The translations under genes were made by a program, and so were the position numbers. A model generated the notes under the pieces. It did no database searches. It was not told where the DNA came from and saw only the letters and a list, made by a program, of their open reading frames with translations. This document shows, in pieces, positions 11,648 through 21,342 of a stretch of DNA of 64,000 bases. The stretch comes from Rhynchopus sp. YZ270_cl-10 (Eukaryota): assembly GCA_964035575.1 (NCBI GenBank), contig OZ037840.1:1550001-1614000 (forward strand), written 5' to 3'. How positions within the stretch are numbered: the stretch's first letter is position 1; every line of letters begins with the position of its first letter.

Positions 11648-14600
11648 ATGCAAGCTTATCCCACATGGGAACCACCGCACCCCGCGCAATCATCTTGGAC
11701 GCAGGGACAACCACCACCACCACCACCGTTCACATCGCAACCACAACCCACAGGGCAGCAGCAGGAACAACAACAACAACAACAACAACAGCCCACATAC
11801 CCGACACCCTCGCAGCATCCGCCACCACAGCAACAGGCCCCAATGCAGCAGCAGCCACCTTTGTATCCTATGGTTCCACAACAGCAAGAGCCGCCACAAC
11901 AACAACAGAAACCACAGCTCTACCCAATCCCCGCACATCCGCAGCCACCCCCGTTCCCCCTCCCCTTTCCCCAGCAGCCTGCGCAGCATCCACACCTTCC
12001 CCCGCAGATGCCCCAACCTGCCCAAGAACAGCACACCACCGCCGTCACTCCTAAGGGCAGCCTGCAGAAGAAGCTGTTTGCGTATCAACAGGAGCTTTTC
12101 ACGTCTGCGCACGACCGTAATGTGATTGTCTTCGCGCCGACAGGAAGCGGGAAGACGTGGGTCTCCGCTGCTATCATCCAGCATGTCTTGCAGCGTACGC
12201 CGAAGGAGCGTTATGTTGTGCCCGCAAAGCAGCGTGGCCGTCACGCCCTGTCTCCAGAAGAAAAGCTGCGGAGCCCGAAGAATGTTTGCGTTTTTCTTGT
12301 CAACCGTATTCCGTTGGTGTCGCAGCAGGGCACCATGGTGGCGAACGCCTTTGCCAGCGTCGGAGAAAAGGTGCGGGTGGCGAAGGTCAGCTCACAGCAT
12401 TCTGTTGAATCCCGCCGCAATGCCTCCGATGGGTGGTGGGCCGCGATGCACCGAAACAACGACGTCATTGTCATCATCGATTCGATCTTCTTCCGTCTCC
12501 TCGAAGAACGCACAGCGCACATCACTGATGTCGACCTCCTCATCGTCGACGAATGCCACCACTGTCTCGGCGGCAGCGCGCTAAACGGCATCTTCTCTAA
12601 ATTTCTCCGCCCATTTCAAGCAACCCACCCCGGCGAGCGTGCTTCCCTCCCTCAGATCCTAGGTCTCACCGCCTCCCCTGGGAGTGAAGAAACCTTTAAG
12701 GCGACGCAAGACAGAACAAGAGATCTGTTGATCAATATGTCCTGCGCCGTGACAATGGTGAGAACCAAGGAGAACGTTGCGGCGATGCGGGCAAGGGTGG
12801 CCCCGGCTGTCCAAGCGGTGGAGCAATATTCGCAGAGCAACGTCGAAGACGGGGCGCTGCTGACATTGGATGGCTGCATGGCAATTCTCGAGCTACAACT
12901 TACCAGTTACAAGATACACACACACCGGCTTGCCGTAGGCGCAGAACGGATGGAACGCTTTCAAAAATTAGAACTCCTCGATGTCTCAAAATGGGGACGT
13001 GCCTCCCCAGAATACAAGATGCACTGTTCTAATATGTCCTCTGTCGCGCTGCAAGGCGACGAACCCGCATTTGAAATTCTTTTTGAGTTTTTGAGGGCCC
13101 TCTCCGACGCCGCAACCCATGTAGTGGAAATCGGCCTTTTCGATGCATTAATGGATTTGAAAGTCGCCTTGGCACCTCTTTTCGCCCGTATGTATCAACA
13201 ACGCGATGCGTCTCCAAAATCTACCGATAAAATCATTTTTTATGAGATGGAGAAGCACTGCAGGGAACTGGTGTATATGTTAGAAAACATCTGTGCTGTG
13301 GAGCGTGCGCGGATGAACAACGAAGGGGAAGCTGCGCTGGCAAGACGCTGCCCCAAGATGGGTCTGCTCTTCTCCTGTCTCCAAGACGCAATTCATATGT
13401 TCTCTGTGCAGGGCTCCTGGCGCTTTTTCTTCTGCTGCCAAGACGGCGTTTCCCCGGACACCATCTCACAGTGCAAAGTACACTTCCCTGTAGGTACCAC
13501 CCTCACCCTTGCCCCCTCTGCCCGCGTTTACGCACACATCGTTTTTTATGCACCCGGAGATGGTTCCCCTCAGGCGTTAGCCCCGAGACAGACCCTCAAA
13601 ATGGTGACCCATGACGACGATCAGGAAACCCCCTTTCATCTCAACGAAGTGCACGACGGCGAGAGTGAACACCGTCTCCCTCACGTCTTATCTGTTACGC
13701 TGAAGGGCCCCGAGCTTTCAGTGGTGGTCCGGTTTGCGTCGGGTGCTGTTCGGTTGATCTTTCGGCGGACCGATGGGGATGACGGGCAAACGACCAGATT
13801 CCGTGGTATCATCTTCACTGAGACGAAGAGTGGTGTGCAGAGGATTGCGGAGCAGATTCAGAGGGTGAGGGGGAGGGGTGGTGTGTGGGGTATGTTGAAT
13901 GCAGAACGTTTCGTGGGGCATGGGAGCAGTGGTGCGCAGAAAGGGATGTCGGGAGACCAGCAGGACCGCGCGGTGCGGAAGTTCCGAAGCGGCGCGGCGA
14001 ATTTATTGGTCGCAACGAATGTGGCGGAGGAAGGGATAGACATTCCGGTGTGCAATGTGGTCCTGCGGTACGACGCGAAGTTCTCGGTACGATCCTTGGT
14101 TCAATCGAGGGGTCGTGCCCGCGCCGCGCACTCCCTTTTCTGCATCATCGCCGGCCCTGATGAACGCTCCCGCTACGTCACCCTCCGCGAAAAAGAACGC
14201 TGGCAAATCTCTGTTGTCCGCGCACTCATCGACGCACCCCCTCAGCAGCAGTACTTCCTCACGCAGGAAACCCCCTTTTGGAACGACAAGGCGCAGATCC
14301 GTCTCGCAGGTTGCGCAAAAAAACACGGCTGGGGCCCGATCTACGCCGTACTACAAAAGGTTTTCACGGCAGAAGGTGTACAGTACGCACAGCTTTCCAT
14401 CGATTTATCGAAGCATGGGGTCGATGTACGCGAATCCGTTGAATTGCTCTGTGCAGACGCCAGCTTGACCCCTACCACGGATAAGGAACGTCAGAGAAAG
14501 GAGAAGATGCTGTGTGCATCGGTGTGCGCGACACTGCATGCAAAAGGACTTCTTGAAGACGGAGAACCAATGGGAAATGCACATCCACTGGTGAGGCGGA

Positions 14601-15490
14601 TCATTACGGGGAAGGATGCGTCGTTGTGTGTCACAGAGTTAGACAGTGATGGAGGATGTGACATCCCGCACGGCTGGGTAGAGGTAGAACATTTCGTCCA
14701 AGCTGATTGGATCCTTGACGAGATGACACCCTTTGAATGCCTGCGCGAGCGTCTTCACCGCATGAAGCGATCCTTCGAAGAGAAGAGGTGCGAGGTCGTG
14801 ACAGAAGGCGGCATCACCAAGGTGCACGCGGTGTTCCGCATCCAAGCGGGGAACGAATTGACGAAGGAGCAGACGTTGACAAAGCTGTGGGTGGAGGGGA
14901 AGCCCGAGGCGGATCAGCGGAGCGATGTGGTCGAGGAGCTTGCGATGAAGACACTGCGGAATGTGTACCGCATCAAGGTGTTGAAGCGGCAGCCGGCATT
15001 GCAAACGAGGCTGCCCGGTAGTGCTAATGGTGTAGGTAGTGCTAATGGTGTAGGTGGTGCTGTGCGTGGTGGAGGTGGTGTGCAAGCCTCGTACGGAGAC
15101 CAGTACTACACAAAGGTGTCGTCGCCCTTCTACGATGTGGTGAACAAAAAGCCGTCCCCCCCGCCAGCGTTCATGTTGCAAGGGCTGAAGCACAGTCTTG
15201 TGGAGCCGCCGGCAAGTCCGTTGTATCCAGTTCCGGTGAGGGAGGGTGGGAAGGGTGCTGCGTGGGAGGGGCAGTGGGGAGGGGGGCAGCAGCAGCAACA
15301 ACCACAACAACAGCAGCAGGAGCAGCAGCAGCAACAGCAGCAACCACCACCACCCCGCAACTACCTGCCCGACATCCCCCCAACGCCCACCCCCGAAGCC
15401 AACAACAGCAACAGCAACGACGGCTACGTCTCCTTCAACCCGGCTGCCCCGGCTGCACCCTCCCCCTTTCCCCCCCACATCCCTTATTAG
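11648..15490 (+). CDS. Dicer/RIG-I-family DExD/H RNA helicase with putative dsRBD-fold C-terminal domains and Q/P-rich termini; no RNase III
   Basis: APTGSGKT, VFLVNRIPLVSQQ, LIVDECHH, LPQILGLTASPG, RGIIFTET, LLVATNVAEEGIDIPVCNVVLRYD, VQSRGRARA. CATLHAKGLLED resembles the end of Dicer DUF283. Confidence 0.85.
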   Translation: MQAYPTWEPPHPAQSSWTQGQPPPPPPFTSQPQPTGQQQEQQQQQQQQPTYPTPSQHPPPQQQAPMQQQPPLYPMVPQQQEPPQQQQKPQLYPIPAHPQPPPFPLPFPQQPAQHPHLPPQMPQPAQEQHTTAVTPKGSLQKKLFAYQQELFTSAHDRNVIVFAPTGSGKTWVSAAIIQHVLQRTPKERYVVPAKQRGRHALSPEEKLRSPKNVCVFLVNRIPLVSQQGTMVANAFASVGEKVRVAKVSSQHSVESRRNASDGWWAAMHRNNDVIVIIDSIFFRLLEERTAHITDVDLLIVDECHHCLGGSALNGIFSKFLRPFQATHPGERASLPQILGLTASPGSEETFKATQDRTRDLLINMSCAVTMVRTKENVAAMRARVAPAVQAVEQYSQSNVEDGALLTLDGCMAILELQLTSYKIHTHRLAVGAERMERFQKLELLDVSKWGRASPEYKMHCSNMSSVALQGDEPAFEILFEFLRALSDAATHVVEIGLFDALMDLKVALAPLFARMYQQRDASPKSTDKIIFYEMEKHCRELVYMLENICAVERARMNNEGEAALARRCPKMGLLFSCLQDAIHMFSVQGSWRFFFCCQDGVSPDTISQCKVHFPVGTTLTLAPSARVYAHIVFYAPGDGSPQALAPRQTLKMVTHDDDQETPFHLNEVHDGESEHRLPHVLSVTLKGPELSVVVRFASGAVRLIFRRTDGDDGQTTRFRGIIFTETKSGVQRIAEQIQRVRGRGGVWGMLNAERFVGHGSSGAQKGMSGDQQDRAVRKFRSGAANLLVATNVAEEGIDIPVCNVVLRYDAKFSVRSLVQSRGRARAAHSLFCIIAGPDERSRYVTLREKERWQISVVRALIDAPPQQQYFLTQETPFWNDKAQIRLAGCAKKHGWGPIYAVLQKVFTAEGVQYAQLSIDLSKHGVDVRESVELLCADASLTPTTDKERQRKEKMLCASVCATLHAKGLLEDGEPMGNAHPLVRRIITGKDASLCVTELDSDGGCDIPHGWVEVEHFVQADWILDEMTPFECLRERLHRMKRSFEEKRCEVVTEGGITKVHAVFRIQAGNELTKEQTLTKLWVEGKPEADQRSDVVEELAMKTLRNVYRIKVLKRQPALQTRLPGSANGVGSANGVGGAVRGGGGVQASYGDQYYTKVSSPFYDVVNKKPSPPPAFMLQGLKHSLVEPPASPLYPVPVREGGKGAAWEGQWGGGQQQQQPQQQQQEQQQQQQQPPPPRNYLPDIPPTPTPEANNSNSNDGYVSFNPAAPAAPSPFPPHIPY

Positions 15491-16080
15491 ATAACGTTCA
15501 TAAACATTTAGAGACGGGGGGAGGGGGGGAATAGCCTCGGGGGGAGTCGGGGGTGTGACCTGGGCTTACCTTCGCAAAATTATGACGTAGCGCGTAGCGC
15601 CACCCCAAAGGCAGGGTCAATGTGCGAAGGGGTATGAGTAAGGGGGGAGGGAGGAGAGGGGAAGTATGGTTTGAGTTAGGTCCGTGGGGGGAGGAGCGAA
15701 CCGGTAGGGGGGGCGAAGGGGGGGGGAAGCATTTCCGGGAAGTCTCAAAACCTCGTGACTCGCCTGTGCATGTGGCCACTGTGATTGGGGGGCCTGTAGG
15801 GACGCTATCTCAACAAAGAAGCGCACCCACCTCTTAACTTACAAAGTACAGTGAAAAACAAAACAAACAGAGTATGCATGGCGTGGCTGAAGGGGGAGAG
15901 TTCTATTTTCTGCTATTGTCTGCTATTTTGGGGTCGTCGGCCACACCAGAGTAGCAAAAATAAAAAACAAAAACAAACAAACGAATAAACTTTCAAACCC
16001 CCCCCCTGTCTTTGTTTCTCTTCCCAACTGCAATCCAACAATTCACAGTTGATTTCTCAGGATCTACATATTTTCGTGTC

Positions 16081-16300
16081 GATGCTTTTTTAAGATGACC
16101 TGCGCACTGCGAGACTTAGATTTATCCAACTTTTTCTTTCTATCGGACACGAAAAACACCCCCTTTCCCCCCCGGGGGCGATAAAGTGTGATAAAGTGCG
16201 ATAAAGTGCTATTTTGGGGTCGACGACCTACGCACTGTGAGACTTAGATTCATCCAACTTTTTCTTTCTTCTTGGACACGAAAAACACCCCCCCTTTTTC
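16081..16300 (+). repeat. Local imperfect direct duplication, copies about 125 bp apart
   Basis: GACCT.CGCACTG.GAGACTTAGATT.ATCCAACTTTTTCTTTCT...GGACACGAAAAACACCCCC occurs twice. Confidence 0.7.
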
Positions 16301-16843
16301 CCCCCGAACTTTTTTTTTTGTCTCTCCCCCAACGAATCATCAACTGCACACCTCTTAACCCCCCTTTTTTTTATATATTCCACCCTTCATAACCCTTCAC
16401 CCCCTCCTCACCTTCACCCCTTCTGCCTTATCCGTCTTCTGCTCCTTCTCTGCTCTTTATGTCTCTCACGAAAGCATCGTAACATAAGTCGCATTTGATT
16501 CCGGTACATCCCCTGGCCGCTTGCACGCCACCCCTCTCGTACCCAAAAAAAAAATGGGTTTTCACCGCATCACCGAAAGAAGATAACATATTTCTAAAAA
16601 TATCCCCCCGCATATTGGCCGTATAACACGAACCAATACGTATTTTTTTTAGCCAAAAGAAAACCGACGCAGGAGCTTTTCTTGGAACTGTTTTCCGCTT
16701 TGATTTTATTTATTGTCTTCACGCTTTAGCATTGTTGTTGGGTTGGGAAATTTTTTTGAACATCGCTACCCCGCAAAAGGCACAAGCCCCCCCTCCTCCT
16801 CCCCCTCCCCCTCCCCCTCCTCCCCCACATACCATATAAAACA

Positions 16844-18172
16844 ATGCCTGTTGAACCCGAAGTCACCAATGACGCTGCGACCACCTCAGAAACCGCGTCT
16901 CTCATCACCACCACACAACCTGCAACGACCACAGCCAGTACTTCTACTCCAAACGATTCTTATGGCGCGACGGTGACATGCTTGGTGCAGGACTCTGTCG
17001 ATGAGGGGCACCGCCATACGACGTCAGTGCAGGTGAACATCACTTCGGGGGAGGATGTGTGTCACAGCCATGGTACAGCGTCTGTTGCTTCGTCCGATGA
17101 TGACGAGATGGAGAAGAAGAAGAGGGCCAAGGCAAAGCGGGCACTCCGCGCTGCGCTCGTCTTTTGCGTTTTCTTTATGTTTGTTGAAGGCGTGGGGGGG
17201 TACTACGCGAATAGTATCGCCGTTATGACCGACGCTGCGCACGTTGCTACAGACGTGGCAGCCTTAGGCCTATCCCTGTATGCATTGCACGCAGCGGAAC
17301 GTCCTCGATGCACCAAATATACCTATGGATGGCATCGGATTGAAATCGTTGGGGCATTGGTTTCGCTTCTTTCGATCTGGTTTTTAACCGGTATTATTGT
17401 ATACGAAAGCATCCAAAGAATCCTTCATCGGCATACAGTGAACGGTCAAATGATGATGGGTTTAGGAGCGGCAGGGCTGGTCGTCAATATCGTAGTTGCG
17501 GTGATTCTGCGTTACGGCAACGCTAGCGTCACGCATTTTCACAGCCACGGAGGCGAGAGTGGATGTTCTCATGGTCATTCCCATTCCCATTCTCACTCTC
17601 ACTCCCACTCTGATCGCAGTAACAGTACACTAAGCGCGCTGTCTGATATTACTACAGTAAAGAAAGGGGAGAATGTTAATGTAAAGAGTGCGTTCGTGCA
17701 TGCGTTGGGTGACTGCATACAGAGTGTCGGTGTGATGATCGCGGCAGCGGTGATTTGGGGTGGGAACCAGGTGCGTTATGGGACCCCTACGAAGGATGGG
17801 TCGGACTTCAACTATGCAGACCCGGTAACGTCGTTTGTCTTTGCTGCAGTGACGTTGTGGACGACAGCGGGTATGTTCAAGCAGGTCTTCAATGTGCTTC
17901 TCGAGACATCTGGCGGCCTGCCGTACGATAGTATTGAAACAGAGTTTCACGACACCTTCGGAACCGACTGCGTGCACGATCTGCACCTCTGGTCGCTGAC
18001 AATCAACAAGCCTGCGCTCTCAGTGCACATCGTCTCAGATGCACACACAGCCTCCCTCCACCGTGCAAAGCAGATCTGCAAAAAATACAATATCGACCAC
18101 ACCACCATCCAAGTCGACCCTGTAGATGACGGTAAAGTTAAGTGCGTTTCGGGCATCTGTTCGCACACATAA
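16844..18172 (+). CDS. Cation diffusion facilitator zinc transporter (ZnT/SLC30, MTP1-like)
   Basis: SIAVMTDAAH, YTYGWHRIEIVGAL, His-rich loop HSHG...HGHSHSHSHSHSH, NVKSAFVHALGD, ADP, VHDLHLWSLT, HTTIQVD. Confidence 0.95.
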   Translation: MPVEPEVTNDAATTSETASLITTTQPATTTASTSTPNDSYGATVTCLVQDSVDEGHRHTTSVQVNITSGEDVCHSHGTASVASSDDDEMEKKKRAKAKRALRAALVFCVFFMFVEGVGGYYANSIAVMTDAAHVATDVAALGLSLYALHAAERPRCTKYTYGWHRIEIVGALVSLLSIWFLTGIIVYESIQRILHRHTVNGQMMMGLGAAGLVVNIVVAVILRYGNASVTHFHSHGGESGCSHGHSHSHSHSHSHSDRSNSTLSALSDITTVKKGENVNVKSAFVHALGDCIQSVGVMIAAAVIWGGNQVRYGTPTKDGSDFNYADPVTSFVFAAVTLWTTAGMFKQVFNVLLETSGGLPYDSIETEFHDTFGTDCVHDLHLWSLTINKPALSVHIVSDAHTASLHRAKQICKKYNIDHTTIQVDPVDDGKVKCVSGICSHT

Positions 18173-18721
18173 AAGGGAAAAAACGTGGAAATTGAGCATT
18201 TTTTTTCATAGATTTTAAGAGAAGCGAAAAATGGATCTTAACCTTTCGGGTGGAGGTGTGCACGGTGAGGTAGATGTACCCGCAACTTCTCTTTTTTCTG
18301 CGTTTCCAATGATCCCCGTTTTATCTGTGAGGAAGCGGGGAGTAGGGCATATCTGTCATCCTCGAAATTGATGTAGGACTGCATGGTTGGGGTTCCACCC
18401 CAAGTGCACCCCATAGTAACATTGTGAGAGAGCGGGGATCTCGTATTGGATTACCGCAAGAAAAAAAGTTGCCCCCTCCCTTTTCTCTCTTTTAGTTTGT
18501 GTAGAGATCAGCATGCCTGCCTCTTGTGCCTGGGCTACTAAGGCCCTTCGTATTTGAATCATGTCATATGCGTGTGTACAGGAGGTCTGGTTTATTTTAA
18601 AAACGTTCCGATGCCTGCGTCCTCCGGTGTCCGGTGAGACGTTTGCACTGTTAAAAAATCTCTCTTTTTTTGTTGGGGAACAGTGTTGCCACCTCTATTC
18701 TTTGAAGGGGTAATTATCATA

Positions 18722-20758
18722 ACACCCACGTTACTAATACCCATTTACGATAATACCCACTGGGTATTATCGTAAACTTTTTGGGTATTATCGTAAACTT
18801 TTTGGGTATTATCGTAAACTTTTTGGGTATTAGTTTTGGGTATTATCGTAAACTTTTTGGGTATTACCCAGGTTGGGTAGTACCCAGGTACCCAGGCACC
18901 CAGGTACCCAGGTACCCAGGTACCCAGGTACCCAGGTACCCAGGTACCCAGGTACCCAGGTACCCAGGTACCCAGGTACCCAGGTACCCAGGTACCCAGG
19001 TACCCAGGTACCCAGGTACCCAGGTACCCAGGTACCCAGGTACCCAGGTACCCAGGTCCAGGTCCAGGAACAGGTACCCAGGAACAGGAAAAAAGTCGTG
19101 AAAGAGCAACCACAGCTCCACATGACAAACACAAAAGTGTCCAGTCACATGGGGCATTCATGCACTGAGGAGATAATGATCCAACAATTTACAAGAAAGA
19201 TTACTTAACCTACTGCTGGAAATTGCCAGGTCGTAGTAACACACAAAGTGTGCCTCCGTTCGGGAAGACCGGATATTCTAGAGACCAAAAAGGCCTCAAG
19301 AATATCTTCCGGTAGTCAAGGTAGAACCGAGTGAACGGCCCAAGACCCCCGTGGAGAAGTTAAATGTTGTAATGCTATCAGGTAGAAACTGCGAACACTG
19401 TCTTACCCTCCTCAATGCATGGTGGAAGATGTCTTACACAACCAATATCCTGTACCCAGGTACCCATATTCCCAGACCCACGCAGTACCACGTCGCAGTA
19501 CTACGCAAAATTTACCACCAGACCCTGTCTTCGTGCACCTTAAGTACAACGCCGCAGACAGGCCAAACATGCGTTGGACTCAGAGGAATGCCCGCTGTGC
19601 AGGTATCATGAGAACCAACTCCCAACAACAAGGGGCGCCTTTTGGCGGGCGTTGTTGAGGGTGTTTGGGGTGCAAAGTTTTCCACAATTTTGATGCGCGG
19701 GTACAGAAGTGTTGTCTTGTTCTTTCATCTCTAGGAATGTAAATGTCAATCGCGTTTAACTACCACTAGGGCTTGTTCAGTGAACCCACAAGGGGTCGAA
19801 GGGGGTTGGTTATCCCATATCTATCAAAGGTTGTGTCGACCAGGCGAAACCACTATGTTACGCTGTACGTTGTTAAATCCGAAGAAATAACACTTTAGCA
19901 GCCGCAGGAAGTTTGCTAAAAAGAGTGCCTCACGCTACACAAACCACCACCCGCGATTGACTTAGATGTTATAACAAAGAGAATTCAGAACAAAACAACA
20001 CCCTGCCCCATACACACTAAATTGTCATGCTTCAAGAACATGCCTGGGCCAAAATTACTATGACGAAAAGGCAACAAGACCACCCACAAGGAGTGTGAAA
20101 TGTGCACTGGTTTTCTGGGGGAACGCAATATTTTCTTGTGCCTCGTCCTCCGCGAGCAGAGGACAGACTTTCCGGAAGGTTTCCAAAGTCGAATTTCTTG
20201 CACTAGCTATGCTCCCTGGGTTAAATGGCTATAGCAGTGACTGACTAAATGTTCCCACCCAGGTCTTCGTGTGTTGAGGTGTAGAATGTCGGAGACGGAG
20301 AAGCGCAATCGCTGATGCAGTTCAGATTTCGCGATCCTGTGATGAGTGTAAATGTGGGTGTAATTAAGTTATGTCGCTTGGAGAAAGATAAATTGTTAAT
20401 TGTCAAGAAAAATGGTTACCCTGAATTTGAGGATGTAAGACAGGGATGCAAAAAGTTGTGTAAAAAAAAACCCCCCCCCATATATTTAGTGAAAATTGTA
20501 TTTTCTCTGGGGTCGATGAAACCATACCTTGTCTGCACATTCACCAGCGTGCGAGCGCCTCTGATACCTTGCGCGAGTAGCCAGCTAAATCACATCGTAC
20601 CTGGGTACCTGGGTAATACCCAAAAAGTTTACGATAATACCCAAAACTAATACCCAAATAGTTTACGATAATACCCAAAAACTTTACGATAATACCCAAA
20701 AAGTTTACGATAATACCCAGTGGGTATTATCGTAAATGGGTATTAGTAACGTGGGTGT
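18722..20758. mobile_element. Non-autonomous TIR element E2 (TA flanks, Tc1/mariner-like) with 21-bp subterminal repeats and a (GTACCCAG)n array
   Basis: TIR ACACCCACGTTACTAATACCCATTTACGATAATACCCACTGGGTATTATCGTAAACTTTTTGGG... is mirrored at the right end. TA at 18720-21 and 20759-60. Confidence 0.88.
18880..19055. repeat. (GTACCCAG)x22 tandem array
   Basis: Read directly; one variant unit GCACCCAG. Confidence 0.95.
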
Positions 20759-21342
20759 TATAGTCATTTTCCCTTCTTTGAATTCCACTTTTTTTTAAGA
20801 TTTTTTTTTTCTAATATGGAAAGGACACTCACGAATTCTGATACATTTTTTCTAATATTTTGAAAAATATTCGTTCTTTTTTGGGGGCTTGATCACCGTG
20901 CCTTCTTCAGATGTGTGCACGAGAAGCACATTCATCTGATAAGTTTTCTTTCCTTTGTATACATTTGTCACAGTGCTTTCCGCAAGGAGGACTTGATTGA
21001 AGGCGTTTTGCGCTTTCAACTTCTCTTTGGGGTATTTGATTGGATACGTTCCGGTGTGCTGTGTCCGTGTGCCAAGTGCACAAGCAAGCGCACATCCGAC
21101 AAACGAACACATCGGGTGGTGCCTGTGTTCTCCGGTGTCTGGCGAGACGTTTCCAAATTTCGAATCTCTCTTTTTTGTTGGGGAACAGTGTAAAGGGGCC
21201 CCCCGAATAAGTTCTTTATTTGGGGGGTGGTTGCTCGAAGAATAAAAGAAGTTATTTGGAATCGAAGTTATTTGGGGGGGAAGTTATTTGGGCAAAAAAC
21301 ACCGTACCATAATTTTTTTTCGCCTGCGGCGCCATTTTATAC

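Noticed and set aside
18760..18865. 21-bp repeats, and ~40-bp units at 22325-22495, as a CRISPR-like array
   Set aside because: No unique spacers, no cas genes, eukaryotic context; they are transposon-internal repeats.
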